Source: Candidatus Parcubacteria bacterium (lineage in GTDB: Bacteria; Patescibacteriota; Minisyncoccia; Phycocordibacterales; JAKAEA01). Taken from it: a DNA stretch of 64,000 nucleotides. The stretch spans positions 128,802 through 192,801 of the forward strand of contig CAWDXL010000002.1 in NCBI GenBank assembly GCA_963806325.1. Reading direction: 5' to 3'. Positions 10,791-21,004 of the stretch are shown here, one piece after another. Every line of letters starts with the position of its first letter. Positions within the stretch are counted from its first letter, which is position 1. A program made the position numbers and the translations under genes. The notes below the pieces were generated by a model that saw only the letters and a list, made by a program, of their open reading frames with translations, did not search any database and had not been told where the DNA came from.

Positions 10791-10844
10791 AGCTCTACGA
10801 CAAAGACTCCCAACTGACTTATAACTTACAGCCCTGCTACAACT
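10791..10844. repeat. 54-bp direct repeat copy 2 (upstream of GH26 gene start)
   Basis: Matches 9592..9645 at ~94% identity. It would encode the same ...VVAGL* C-terminus, but no ORF is attached. Confidence 0.8.
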
Positions 10845-10886
10845 TTATTGGACATTTGTACAGTAAAAGTGATATAAATTATCGTC

Positions 10887-12308
10887 TTGAAAGCAAAAAT
10901 TATCTATTCAATGTGTAGTGGTGCAGCCATTGGTATGTGTATCGGTGTTTTTGCTGCAATTTTTATGCCAAGCATATTGTATGCCGCTGCCACAAGTACG
11001 ATTGTAAACTTAAACAATCCAGGATTTGAAAATAGTGCTTTGCATGATCCAACAAAAGCATTGGGCTGGCAAAATTTTGGAGATGGTTATACCCGTTCCT
11101 CTGAAGCTGCTCATACGGGAAATTGGAGTATAAAGCTTATGAATTCTGGCGAAGCCGCAACGAGCGGTGCATATGAGCGTATCAATCTTCATCAGACTAC
11201 GCCCGAGCCCGTTTTTATTGGCGGTTTTATAAAGGGTTTGAATATTTCCTTGACACCAGGCAGCACATTTGGTGCTAGTTTGTATGTTGAAATTCATTAT
11301 ACGGATGGCACAATTGTCAGCAGAAATTCTCTTGCAAACCAGGGAACTTTTGACTGGCGATGGATTGGGCTCAATACAAGCTCGGCGATTGTCACAAAAA
11401 CGGCGTCAACAAGCTACAACAAGCCCATTGATTATATATTTATCGTGCCAGCGCTCATACATGCTTCCGGTACCGCATATTTCGATGATATATCAGTTCA
11501 AGAGTTTGTCCCGACTCAAAGTGCTCTAACGCTTATGTTTGATGATGGAAATACAAGCGACTATACAATTGCGAAGCCAATACTTGATCAGTATGGACTT
11601 CCAGGCACCTCCGCCATCATTACAAGCTATATAAATAAATTCCCATTTCTTAGCCTTGATCAGATAAAAGCATTAGCAAATGATGGATGGGAAATCGTTT
11701 CCCATACCGTGACACATCCAAACCTTGGCATGGTTACTTCCGACCAAGCGGAGACAGAATTTAGGGATTCGAAAGCAGCTTTGGAATCAGATGGTTTCGA
11801 TATAGATTCAATCGCATTTCCATTTGGAGCCTACTCAAGTGATGTCTTGGCGCAAAGTGAAAATTACTATATATCTGCCCGAAGCTTTGAAGACGGATAC
11901 AATCCCCAGGGTTCATTCCCATATGAAATTAGAATTCAAAAAATAGTAGCATCCACGACAGTTGCCGATGTCCAAAACTGGGTTGAACAAGCTCAGACAA
12001 ATAAGCAATGGCTTATCATTGTAACTCACCTCATCAGCGGGTCGGGAAGTAATGTGTACCATGTGTCGCCACAGATGTTTGAATCAATGATGGAGGCAGT
12101 CCACAACAGCGGCATCAAGGTGGTTACATATAACGAGGGTATCAAAGAATTTGCCGTCCCAAATCAAAACAATATTGAAAATGTTCCACTAGGCGATACT
12201 CAGGGGGCAGGAAGTTCGATTGATGTGCGGAATATAATTCTTGTTGCAAGCGGATGCGGCGCAGTGATCATCGGTGCCGTAATTATCTTTTACAAAAAAT
12301 ATTTTTAA
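10887..12308 (+). CDS. secreted CBM-like + NodB polysaccharide deacetylase, C-terminal TM anchor
   Basis: Signal peptide and 'LTLMFDDGNTSDY'. The N-domain is paralogous to 17576.. ('GAYERI.L.QT..EPVFIGG'). Confidence 0.75.
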   Translation: MKAKIIYSMCSGAAIGMCIGVFAAIFMPSILYAAATSTIVNLNNPGFENSALHDPTKALGWQNFGDGYTRSSEAAHTGNWSIKLMNSGEAATSGAYERINLHQTTPEPVFIGGFIKGLNISLTPGSTFGASLYVEIHYTDGTIVSRNSLANQGTFDWRWIGLNTSSAIVTKTASTSYNKPIDYIFIVPALIHASGTAYFDDISVQEFVPTQSALTLMFDDGNTSDYTIAKPILDQYGLPGTSAIITSYINKFPFLSLDQIKALANDGWEIVSHTVTHPNLGMVTSDQAETEFRDSKAALESDGFDIDSIAFPFGAYSSDVLAQSENYYISARSFEDGYNPQGSFPYEIRIQKIVASTTVADVQNWVEQAQTNKQWLIIVTHLISGSGSNVYHVSPQMFESMMEAVHNSGIKVVTYNEGIKEFAVPNQNNIENVPLGDTQGAGSSIDVRNIILVASGCGAVIIGAVIIFYKKYF

Positions 12309-12376
12309 TAGTTCTTAAAAGAAGGGGAGGGTTTGTATTCAACAACGAAGAATGAGGTGCCTACTTCTCTCTCCTA

Positions 12377-12414
12377 GGGATACGTCGCACAATATATCTT
12401 TTGCGACGTATCCC
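12377..12414. terminator. 13-bp perfect-stem hairpin between convergent genes
   Basis: gggatacgtcgca-N12-tgcgacgtatccc. Confidence 0.5.
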
Positions 12415-12439
12415 TATATTGGTGCGTATACCATATCAT

Positions 12440-13003
12440 TTATTTTATGCTCATATATTTTTCTTTCAACTCTTTTCGAAGAATCTTATAATTTGGCAGT
12501 GTGGTACCAACTAACCCCCAAAATTTTTTTGAGTGATTGAAGTGTTTGATATGACAGAGTTCATGCACCACCACATAATCGGCAAGTTCCTGAGGAATCT
12601 TAATCAGTCCGTAATTAAAACTGAGGTTGCCGGTCTTGGTGCAGCTTCCCCACCGTGATTTTTGATTTCTGACATGTACTGTGCCTATGCTGAAATTATA
12701 AAATTCGTTAAAATATTTTACTCGTTCTTCTAAAAACTTAAGGGCTGTGCGTTTATTCTGTAAAAAATCTTGATGGGACTGGTCAAGTATCGTTGTATCC
12801 TCAAGCCTTGTTTTCATTGCAGCTTGGTGGTGAAGGATCCACAATTCTTTGCTTTTAACAAACATATGAGCTATTAAGGATGGGGTGCGAGGCGGCAGCT
12901 TAACTACGACCCCGCCAAAACGATTAATAGTGATGCTCATTCTGCGTGTTCGCGCATTTCTTTTAAGGGAGTATTCCATGTTTGGTTCCCTTTTTAGTGC
13001 CAA
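12440..13003 (-). CDS. DUF45/YgjP-family (SprT-like) metal-dependent hydrolase
   Basis: 'WGSC...LSFNYGL' and 'DYVVVHELCHIKHFNHSKKFW' (HExxH). Confidence 0.75.
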   Translation of the reverse strand: MALKREPNMEYSLKRNARTRRMSITINRFGGVVVKLPPRTPSLIAHMFVKSKELWILHHQAAMKTRLEDTTILDQSHQDFLQNKRTALKFLEERVKYFNEFYNFSIGTVHVRNQKSRWGSCTKTGNLSFNYGLIKIPQELADYVVVHELCHIKHFNHSKKFWGLVGTTLPNYKILRKELKEKYMSIK

Positions 13004-13881
13004 TTAATTTGAGAAGTTGTTACAATTTCTTTCCATGGGCCTGGGGGTACTTCTGAGGCAGCTACAAATTGCCAATCAACTTTGTTCTCGTCGTTATTAA
13101 GGCCGTTGAATCCCAAACAATCACGAAGCGCGGGAGAAACATCCATGCCCGCATTATTAGCTTCCTGGCTTGCTGGAGCTGCTGTGCCAAATACGTATTG
13201 ATAATCATTGTAAACGTACGGCCCTGAGTCTTCAATTTGTCCATAGCACACAGCTCCGTCTTTTATGATTTTAACCCATCTATTTTTCATCATTGATTCT
13301 GTTGGTGCCCATGTCTGGCTATTGGCCCAGGGCACGACTTGATATGCATTTGGTCTTCTGTTGCCATTGTCATCAAAATCATCATACGGCAAGTCTAAAT
13401 AAAATGGGTTCTGCTTCGGAGTAAACTGCGCAGGAAAATACCCATTACGGTTTATATAATCATCATAGCCTCCGTAATCTTTTTCCCAATCATCGTCCCA
13501 AGCACTGATAGAATTGTCTTCTGAGGAGCCGTTGCCCACGGGTTCTCCTACCCAAAAAACTGTCGCAGTTATATTTTTGTGGAGCGAATAGGCTGAAGAT
13601 TGTGTTTGATCTAGTGGTGGGGTCGTTGCAGGCGCTGTGCTATTACTGCTCTCTATATTCTCGGGTGTCGGGGATTGAGATGCTGTGGCGGACAATGAAG
13701 CGCTGTTAGTTTTTTGGTTTAAATTCGTCTGAGTGGCTGGCACCGCAGAATGCATGACTTCAGTAGTATCATGAGCAGTTGGGGATGGTGAAAAAAAGTG
13801 ATTGTGAATTGCCAGAATACTTCCCCCAATAAGAACAATAGCAAGCGTGCAGGAAAGAATAATGGAAATATTTTTTTTCAT
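12994..13881 (-). CDS. secreted hypothetical protein with S/T/P-rich linker
   Basis: Signal/TM 'MKKNISIILSCTLAIVLIGG', a low-complexity linker, and a conserved-looking C-domain ('TVFWVGEP', 'NPFYLDLPYDDF'). Confidence 0.45.
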   Translation of the reverse strand: MKKNISIILSCTLAIVLIGGSILAIHNHFFSPSPTAHDTTEVMHSAVPATQTNLNQKTNSASLSATASQSPTPENIESSNSTAPATTPPLDQTQSSAYSLHKNITATVFWVGEPVGNGSSEDNSISAWDDDWEKDYGGYDDYINRNGYFPAQFTPKQNPFYLDLPYDDFDDNGNRRPNAYQVVPWANSQTWAPTESMMKNRWVKIIKDGAVCYGQIEDSGPYVYNDYQYVFGTAAPASQEANNAGMDVSPALRDCLGFNGLNNDENKVDWQFVAASEVPPGPWKEIVTTSQINWH

Positions 13882-13951
13882 GATAGAGCACGGAGGGGTT
13901 GACCTGTGAGTCAACACACTGTAGATTAGTTAAATAATAAACCGAAATATT

Positions 13952-15235
13952 ATGCATGTCAAACAACACAAAATGGCTGTCATTGGTCTCGGATACGTGG
14001 GTTTGCCGCTCGCCGTACTCGGCCTTAAGAAAAAATTTGATGTTATTGGCATTGATACCAACGACGCTAAGCTCAAGAAAATACAACAAGGCAAAAGCCC
14101 CTTTGCTGACGGCGAAATAGATATTGATTTGAAGAGGTATCCCCTTCCCGTGACGTCCGATGCTGCTGCGATAAAAAATGTAGACACTGTCATAATATGT
14201 GTGCCGACGCCTGTGTATGAAGACTATCTGCCGGACCTTCGTCCTGTGGAAAGCGTGGCTCACTCTATCGGTAAACACTTGAAAAAAGGTCACCTCGTAG
14301 TACTGGAATCGACGGTTAACCCCGGCATTTCTGAAGATATCCTTTTGCCAATTCTTGAAAAGGAAAGCGGACTTATAGGCGGTAAAGATTTTTATCTTGC
14401 GCATTGTCCAGAACGGATCAATCCTGGCGATAAGCGCTGGAATGTGAGCAATATACCTCGTGTGGTCGGTAGTCTTGAAAAAAAAGGTTTGGAACGGGCG
14501 GTTGCATTCTATAAGTCTCTCATTGATGCCGAAATAAAACCTATGGGTTCTATCAAAGAAGCTGAAGCAGTAAAAATTACTGAGAACTCGTTTCGCGATA
14601 TTAATATTGCGTTTGTAAACGAGCTCGCTATGTCATTTTCAAAGCTTGGCATTGATGTTGTGAATGTTATCGAAGGAGCCGCTACCAAGCCATTTTCGTT
14701 CATGCCCCACTACCCCGGCTGCGGCGTGGGTGGCCACTGCATTCCTGTTGATCCGTACTACCTTATTGAGTATGCAAAAAAGAATGGCTTCAACCACAAA
14801 TTTTTAAAAGCTGCCCGCACAATCAACAACAACATGCCAGAGTTTACTATTGCTCAGCTCAATATTCTCCTGAAAGAGAAGGATATAAGTTTGAAGAATT
14901 CTACAGTTGCTGTACTCGGCATCTCCTATAAAGCAGGAGTGGGCGATGATCGTGAAAGTCCAAGCCATGAAATTGTTCGAAAGCTTAAGAAGCTTGGAGT
15001 GCGTGTAGTAACGTATGACCCATATATTCTTCATGCGTCCACCGCAAAAACAATGCGTGAAGCGCTCACTGGAGCTGATGCAGTCATTATTGCTACCGCC
15101 CATGGAATTTTTAAAAAGTTAACGCCGCAAAAGCTTGAATCATTTGGCGTGAAGGTTGTTATTGATGGAATGAATTGTCTCGAAAAAGATAAGTTTATCA
15201 AGCACAGATTTGCCTATAGAGGCATCGGGAGGTAG
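13952..15235 (+). CDS. nucleotide-sugar 6-dehydrogenase (UDP-N-acetylhexosamine dehydrogenase clade, WecC/WbpA-like)
   Basis: 'MAVIGLGYVGLPLAV' and 'GCGVGGHCIPVDPYYL'. The GGHCIP motif is typical of the UDP-GlcNAc/ManNAc dehydrogenase clade rather than Ugd. Confidence 0.8.
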   Translation: MHVKQHKMAVIGLGYVGLPLAVLGLKKKFDVIGIDTNDAKLKKIQQGKSPFADGEIDIDLKRYPLPVTSDAAAIKNVDTVIICVPTPVYEDYLPDLRPVESVAHSIGKHLKKGHLVVLESTVNPGISEDILLPILEKESGLIGGKDFYLAHCPERINPGDKRWNVSNIPRVVGSLEKKGLERAVAFYKSLIDAEIKPMGSIKEAEAVKITENSFRDINIAFVNELAMSFSKLGIDVVNVIEGAATKPFSFMPHYPGCGVGGHCIPVDPYYLIEYAKKNGFNHKFLKAARTINNNMPEFTIAQLNILLKEKDISLKNSTVAVLGISYKAGVGDDRESPSHEIVRKLKKLGVRVVTYDPYILHASTAKTMREALTGADAVIIATAHGIFKKLTPQKLESFGVKVVIDGMNCLEKDKFIKHRFAYRGIGR

Positions 15236-15255
15236 TTAAGCAAAAACATCATCAC

Positions 15256-16212
15256 ATGAAAATTCTTATCACGGGTGCCGCCGGTTTTCTCGGCTCAAAT
15301 GTATGCGAAAAGCTTCTTGCTGAAGGAAATGAGGTGGTTGCCGTGGATAATTTATCTACAGGTGATGTCGGCAATATCAGTGAATTTAAGAAAAATAGAA
15401 GTTTTAAATTTTATGAAATGGGTGTTGAAACTCCTGAGTTCATGAAGCTCTTTTTTAATGGTTCTGCGTATTCTTTTGAACGGGTATACAATCTTGCTTG
15501 TCCGACCGGCGTGCCAAATATAGAAAAAATGGGCGAAGAAATGATGGATACATGTTCAATAGGTACAAAAAATGTACTGAGGGTTGCATTAAAAAATAAA
15601 GCAAAGTTTCTTCTTACCAGCAGCTCTGAGGTATATGGCGATCCTGAAAAATTTCCTCAAGATGAATTATATACAGGAAATGTTGATCCGCGCGGACCGC
15701 GGGCAAATTATGAAGAGGGCAAACGTTTTGCAGAGACACTCACTGTGCTTTTTTCATCCAAATATAATCTTGAAGCAAAAATAGTCAGGCTTTTTAACGT
15801 ATATGGTCCATACATGAGTATGAAAGATCAGCGCGTTATTCCTCGTTTTGTCCAACAGGCCTTGAGAGGAGAATCACTTACGGTTCAAGATAATAATGCA
15901 TTGCGTACTATGTGCTACGTGAGCGATATTGTTAACGGCCTCATGCTTGTTATGGAAAAAGGAGAAAAAGGCGGAGTATATAATCTTGGAAGTGATCTTG
16001 AGCTCACCATGAAAGAGCTGGCCGAGAAAGTTATTATGCTTACAAATTCAAAAAGTTCTATCATGATGACCCCGGGCTACGCACATGATCATAAGCGCCG
16101 CATGCCGGATCTCACAAGGATTAAAAATCTTGGCTGGAACTACACAGTATCTCTTAATGAAGGCATCCGATATACAGTCAAAAGTTTTCAGGAGCGGATG
16201 GAAAATCGCTAA
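15256..16212 (+). CDS. NAD-dependent UDP-sugar-acid decarboxylase (UXS/UXNAcS-like epimerase/dehydratase family)
   Basis: 'ILITGAAGFLGSN', 'SSSEVYGDP', and 'YEEGKRFAETL' (UXS 'YDEGKR'). Confidence 0.7.
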   Translation: MKILITGAAGFLGSNVCEKLLAEGNEVVAVDNLSTGDVGNISEFKKNRSFKFYEMGVETPEFMKLFFNGSAYSFERVYNLACPTGVPNIEKMGEEMMDTCSIGTKNVLRVALKNKAKFLLTSSSEVYGDPEKFPQDELYTGNVDPRGPRANYEEGKRFAETLTVLFSSKYNLEAKIVRLFNVYGPYMSMKDQRVIPRFVQQALRGESLTVQDNNALRTMCYVSDIVNGLMLVMEKGEKGGVYNLGSDLELTMKELAEKVIMLTNSKSSIMMTPGYAHDHKRRMPDLTRIKNLGWNYTVSLNEGIRYTVKSFQERMENR

Positions 16213-16227
16213 ACATAAAAAATAAAT

Positions 16228-17463
16228 ATGCCCCTTGTTTTTGCTGTTATCATTGTATTTATTGGATTGTGGGGAATGAATTTCACCTTCTGGGGGGCGA
16301 TTGGTCTCTGCCGATATATTTCGTTGCGTATCTATTCTCCTCAGGTTTTTGCTGCCAATATTTCTGGTGCGGATGGTTTACTTACTAAAAGTGACGTGGC
16401 AATTATTATTCCCGCTCACCAAGAAGAGTTGGTGATAGAAAATACTCTTAAGGGTGCCTTACGACTTCTTCCCCCTAATCAAATTTTCATTATTACTTCG
16501 GATTTCTCAAAAAAAGACAGGACTGCCGACATTGCACGTTCATTCGGTGTAAACGTTGTTGAGCTTCCTCCTCCGCTGGCAAAAGCGCGCAAACTGCAGT
16601 CGGCTGTAAATCAGATACAGATGTCGGGTGTATTTAAAGCTGTTCTTTTCGTGGATGCCGATACTATTCTTGCAGATGATTATTTAGATAAGGCTCTTCC
16701 CTATTTTAATGATCCGGAAGTTGTGGCGGTTGCCGGCCATGCCACCACATTGTGGGAACCGAACAAAAATAGCTGGTTTAACAGATTTATACTTTCCTAC
16801 CGCGAACGTATTTATTTTTTTGGCCAGCTTTTTATAAAATTTGGCCAATCCTGGAAGTATATAAATGTATGCCAAATCGTGCCGGGTTTTGCCAGCATCT
16901 ACCGGAGTTCAATTTTGTCAAAAATAAATATTGATCCCGGAGGACTTGTTATCGAGGATTTTAACATGACGTTTGAAGTTCACCATGGCCACCTTGGTAA
17001 AATTATTTATTCGCCGGAAATTAAGGCTTATACCCAAGATCCCGACAATTTGAAGGACTATTTTAAACAGATAAAACGGTGGAACCTTGGTTTCTGGCAA
17101 ACGGTATTTCGGCATGGATACTGGACTAGTTTTTTCTGGTCGGCATTATTTTTCTCCATATTTGAGGTGTGTCTCAGTTCTATTATTTTACTGCTACTCC
17201 CCTTCTATATTTTTCTCATTTTCTTAAGCTACGGTGTTGGCGATATCCCCTATCAATACATTCTTCTTTTGAAGGGTCTTTTTATTGCTGATTATGCACT
17301 AAGTGTTGTAATAGGTGTTATCAAGAATCGACCGGCCTATTTTATATACGGTCTTGGTTTTTTATTTATGCGTTTTATTGATGCGATAGCCTACATGTAT
17401 AGTATTCCCAAAGCAATTTTTACCACGTCAACCGGCGCATGGGCGAGCCCGACTCGGCGATAA
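16228..17463 (+). CDS. processive family-2 glycosyltransferase, multi-TM
   Basis: 'VAIIIPAHQEE', DxD 'FVDADTIL', 'IEDFNMTFE', and 'QIKRW', with TM helices at both ends. Confidence 0.7.
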   Translation: MPLVFAVIIVFIGLWGMNFTFWGAIGLCRYISLRIYSPQVFAANISGADGLLTKSDVAIIIPAHQEELVIENTLKGALRLLPPNQIFIITSDFSKKDRTADIARSFGVNVVELPPPLAKARKLQSAVNQIQMSGVFKAVLFVDADTILADDYLDKALPYFNDPEVVAVAGHATTLWEPNKNSWFNRFILSYRERIYFFGQLFIKFGQSWKYINVCQIVPGFASIYRSSILSKINIDPGGLVIEDFNMTFEVHHGHLGKIIYSPEIKAYTQDPDNLKDYFKQIKRWNLGFWQTVFRHGYWTSFFWSALFFSIFEVCLSSIILLLLPFYIFLIFLSYGVGDIPYQYILLLKGLFIADYALSVVIGVIKNRPAYFIYGLGFLFMRFIDAIAYMYSIPKAIFTTSTGAWASPTRR

Positions 17464-17575
17464 TAGAGGCTTGAAAAAGTATTGCTTAAATTAAATTTAT
17501 ATTGTAAAGTTTGCACGTCACGAAATAATAGTTGAGAGATTCCGTTATTACTGCTGTTAATTAATTTAGCACCAC

Positions 17576-19811
17576 ATGAAACAAAATTTTGCAACACGCG
17601 CCACTATTTTCAGTTTATGTATTTTTGCTTTTGCTATGTATGCGATATTGAATGCAGCAACTGCTCAAGCTCTCACTTCAACTGAACTTACAACCAATGG
17701 CACTTTTGAACAGGCTGGCGCTACGGCTACCACCGCTCTTGGGTGGCAGCCTTTTAATAATGGCTATACTCGCACATCAGCAGGCGCCCATTCTGGAAGC
17801 TGGGGTATTTCGCTTACCAATACAAATACCTCGACCCTTTCGGGCGCCTATGAGCGAATTGATCTCAATCAGACAAAAGTTGAACCGGTATTTATCGGCG
17901 GCTACGTAAAAGGTTCAAATATTTCGATGGCTTCGGGAAGCTATTATGGCGCCAGTATATATGCAGAAATTCATTTTACTGATGGGACTGTTGCATATTG
18001 GAACTCTATTCCAAATGAAGGAACATTTAATTGGCGTTGGGTCGGCTTCAATACAGGTTCCGGTTTTACTGTCACCAATGAAACCATTCCGGTAACCAAA
18101 CCAATCGCCTATATATTTGTTGTGCCTATGCTCGGTGATGCCTCAGGTACTGCTTACTTTGATGTATATTACAGTTCAGCAGTTTTCAGCTACTCAGCCT
18201 GCTCTTACTCTCATGTTTGATGATGGCAATACAACAGATGCCACAATTGCTATGCCAACCATGAATCAGTATCACTTTGTAGGCACGAGTGCTATTGTTA
18301 CTAGTGATATTGGTTTGGCTTCTGGTGGAATTGCTGAGGATGGTGATATGACTCTCGCTCAAATCAAGAGTCTTGCTGCTGATGGCTGGGAAATTGCGTC
18401 ACATACTGTTGATCATCCTGATCTCACCACACTCACGGCTGCCCAGGTAAATACAGAGCTTCAATCTTCAAAAGCGACCCTTGTTGCTGATGGATTTACG
18501 GTAAATAATATTGCATATCCATATGGTGCCTATAATGCTGCTATTAATGCAAATGCTGCAGAATATTACACTTCGGCACGCACATTTGAAGAAGGATATA
18601 ATCCAACAGGAGCATATCCATACGAGATTAAGGTTCAAAAAGTCATTGCCACTACTACTGTCGCCGATGTTCAAGGTTGGATAGCAGAAGCTAAAGCTGA
18701 AAATGCATGGCTTGTCATTGTTACCCACCTAATCAACGCTACAGGTACTGACGATTATCATATTGATCCAACGACATTTAAATCTATTATTGGGGCCGTA
18801 GCTCAAAGTGGTATTCGGGTCATTACATACAATCAAGGTGTAACCCAATACGCTGTTTCTCCAGGACAAGGTGTGGTTGTGGCACCTCCTCCAGTTACCA
18901 CCACTCCGCTTGCTGGTTCATGTTCTGCTGCACCAGCCACCACGACGACTGGCACGCCGATTGTATGGACAGCTACAGCTACAGGAGGCACCGGTACGTA
19001 CACATATTCATGGACCGGCAGCAACAGTTTGACCGGAACAACCTCAAGTGTATCTAAGACATATACTTCCGCCGGCGCAGAGACTGCTCAAGTTGCTATT
19101 ACTTCAGGCACCTCAACGATTACATCAACCTGCACTGCCACAGTCACAGCGTCTTCAACACCTAAAACTAAGCCTGTAACAACCCTTACAGCAAATCCAG
19201 CTTCGGTAGCTCCGGGAGGAACTTCAACACTTACCTGGACAGTTAATAATGGTGGAGACACAACAACAACCTGTACGGCAAGCGGTGGATGGAGCGGATC
19301 ACTTTCAGTATCCGGCGGTTCAAAATCAACTGGTGCTCTCGCTACAACAACTTCATATACAATTACGTGTACAAATTCAGCCGGCTCAACAACAAGTACT
19401 GTTGCAGTCACCGTGACTTCTTCTACAGATGCCAACTGCCCGACAGGAACAATGACGCTCGCACAGGCAAAAGCTGCATTATCAAGCAACACAGTCAAGG
19501 TGTCATTTGCAGCCAAGGGTTCTCAGGTGACGGGAACGATTATCAATAACTCAGGCTGCGGATTCCCAGCCAGTCAGATGTCATACTCTGCATATAATCA
19601 GACGCTGGCCGATGACGTACTCTACAACAGTACCTCAGTCTCTACTGTTGGCCCTCACACAACAAAGACCTTCACAACCTCTATTCCTACGTGCATGTCT
19701 CAGACGTACATCTTTTACGGCCAAGGCCCAGCGCAGCTTACTGCTTCAGGTCTTAGTTCATCACTGACGTCTTTTACTAATGCTTCAGGAAATTATTGTA
19801 AAAAATCCTAA
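17576..19811 (+). CDS. secreted CBM-like + NodB polysaccharide deacetylase + Thr/Ser-rich Ig/PKD-like repeats; reading frame broken by a 1-nt indel near 18164
   Basis: ORFs 17576..18220 and 18117..19811 are collinear with paralog 10887..12308. The junction reads '..SGTAYFD|d|ITVQQFSATQPALTLMFDDG' if one base is removed from 'gatgTatatt'. Confidence 0.7.
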
Positions 19812-19830
19812 CTAATTGATTTAGACAACA

Positions 19831-21003
19831 TCAGGTTTTTTGATAATATTTCTTATCCTTCAACTTGTCGGGCAATAGATTTTCTGTTGTATAACGCTCA
19901 TATCCTTTGCTATAGCCCAATATTTTCATCATCTGTGTAGGTGCATTACGGATAATCAGCGGGATTGGGAGATTCCCATGTGTTTTTACATCATCCAGAG
20001 CCTCAAAATAGGCCTCATATGCGTGTTTGCTCTTAATTGCAGTACTTAGGTACACCGTACCGTGCGCGAGGTTTATTTGAGCTTCTGGTATACCAATTGA
20101 ATCTACTGCTTGGAACACGGCATTTGCAAGAACAAGCGCCTGAGGATCGGCCATACCTATATCTTCTGAGGCAAAGATAACCATTCTTCGCGCAATAAAT
20201 TTTGGATCTTCACCAGAATCAATCATTCTACTCAAATAATAAAGTGCTGCATCAGGTTGTGAGGCCCGCATGCTCTTAATGAATGCGCTTATTGTATTAT
20301 AATGCTCCTCCCCTTTCTTATCGAACCGTAAAAATTTGTTTTGAAGAGTATTCTTGAAATTTTCGAGACTAATTTCACCATAGAGACGTGCAGTATTCTC
20401 AATCATGGTGATTGCCTGCCGGGCATCGCCGTTTGACATGTTAATAAGCCATTCTCGCGCGTCAGCAGGAATTTTCTTTTTATCTTTTTTAATTTCACTC
20501 CACGCATGATCAATTATAGTGCCTATCTCTTCATTTTTTAGTTCATTAAGGACAAACACCCTGCAGCGAGATAAAAGCGCGGATATTATTTCAAAACTTG
20601 GATTTTCTGTGGTGGCGCCGATAAGTGTAAGTTCTCCTGATTCTACATAGGGAAGTAAAAAATCCTGCTGGGCTTTGTTGAATCTATGTATTTCATCTAA
20701 AAATAAAACCTTTGGTCTGTACGTGAGCAGATTTTTTGTTTCCGCAATTTGTCGAATCTCGTCTTTGCCGGCAGAAACAGCAGATAACTCGTGGAATTCC
20801 GCATCAATATTTTTTGCATAAATACGAGCAATGGTCGTCTTTCCTACCCCAGGCGGACCCCACAGAATAAATGAGAACAGGTGTTTTTTTTCGATAGCTA
20901 CTCGTAGGGGTTTTCCAAGGCCAACTAGGTGCTCTTGTCCCACGACATCAGCCAATATTTTCGGTCTAATTTTTGATGCAAGCGGTTCCATGTGGTTCGT
21001 CAC
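19831..21003 (-). CDS. rarA: replication-associated recombination protein A (AAA+ ATPase RarA/MgsA)
   Basis: 'LWGPPGVGKTTIARI', 'LFLDEIHRFNKAQQD', and the RarA C-terminal domains. Confidence 0.85.
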   Translation of the reverse strand: MTNHMEPLASKIRPKILADVVGQEHLVGLGKPLRVAIEKKHLFSFILWGPPGVGKTTIARIYAKNIDAEFHELSAVSAGKDEIRQIAETKNLLTYRPKVLFLDEIHRFNKAQQDFLLPYVESGELTLIGATTENPSFEIISALLSRCRVFVLNELKNEEIGTIIDHAWSEIKKDKKKIPADAREWLINMSNGDARQAITMIENTARLYGEISLENFKNTLQNKFLRFDKKGEEHYNTISAFIKSMRASQPDAALYYLSRMIDSGEDPKFIARRMVIFASEDIGMADPQALVLANAVFQAVDSIGIPEAQINLAHGTVYLSTAIKSKHAYEAYFEALDDVKTHGNLPIPLIIRNAPTQMMKILGYSKGYERYTTENLLPDKLKDKKYYQKT

Positions 21004-21004
21004 A

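Noticed and set aside
10414-10824. 136-aa plus-strand ORF opposite the GH26-like gene
   Set aside because: It is antisense to the GH26-like CDS and shows low-complexity translation of an S/T-rich linker.
19088-19516. 142-aa minus-strand ORF rich in V/T/A inside the Thr-rich repeat region of the deacetylase
   Set aside because: It is the antisense translation of low-complexity Thr/Ser repeats.
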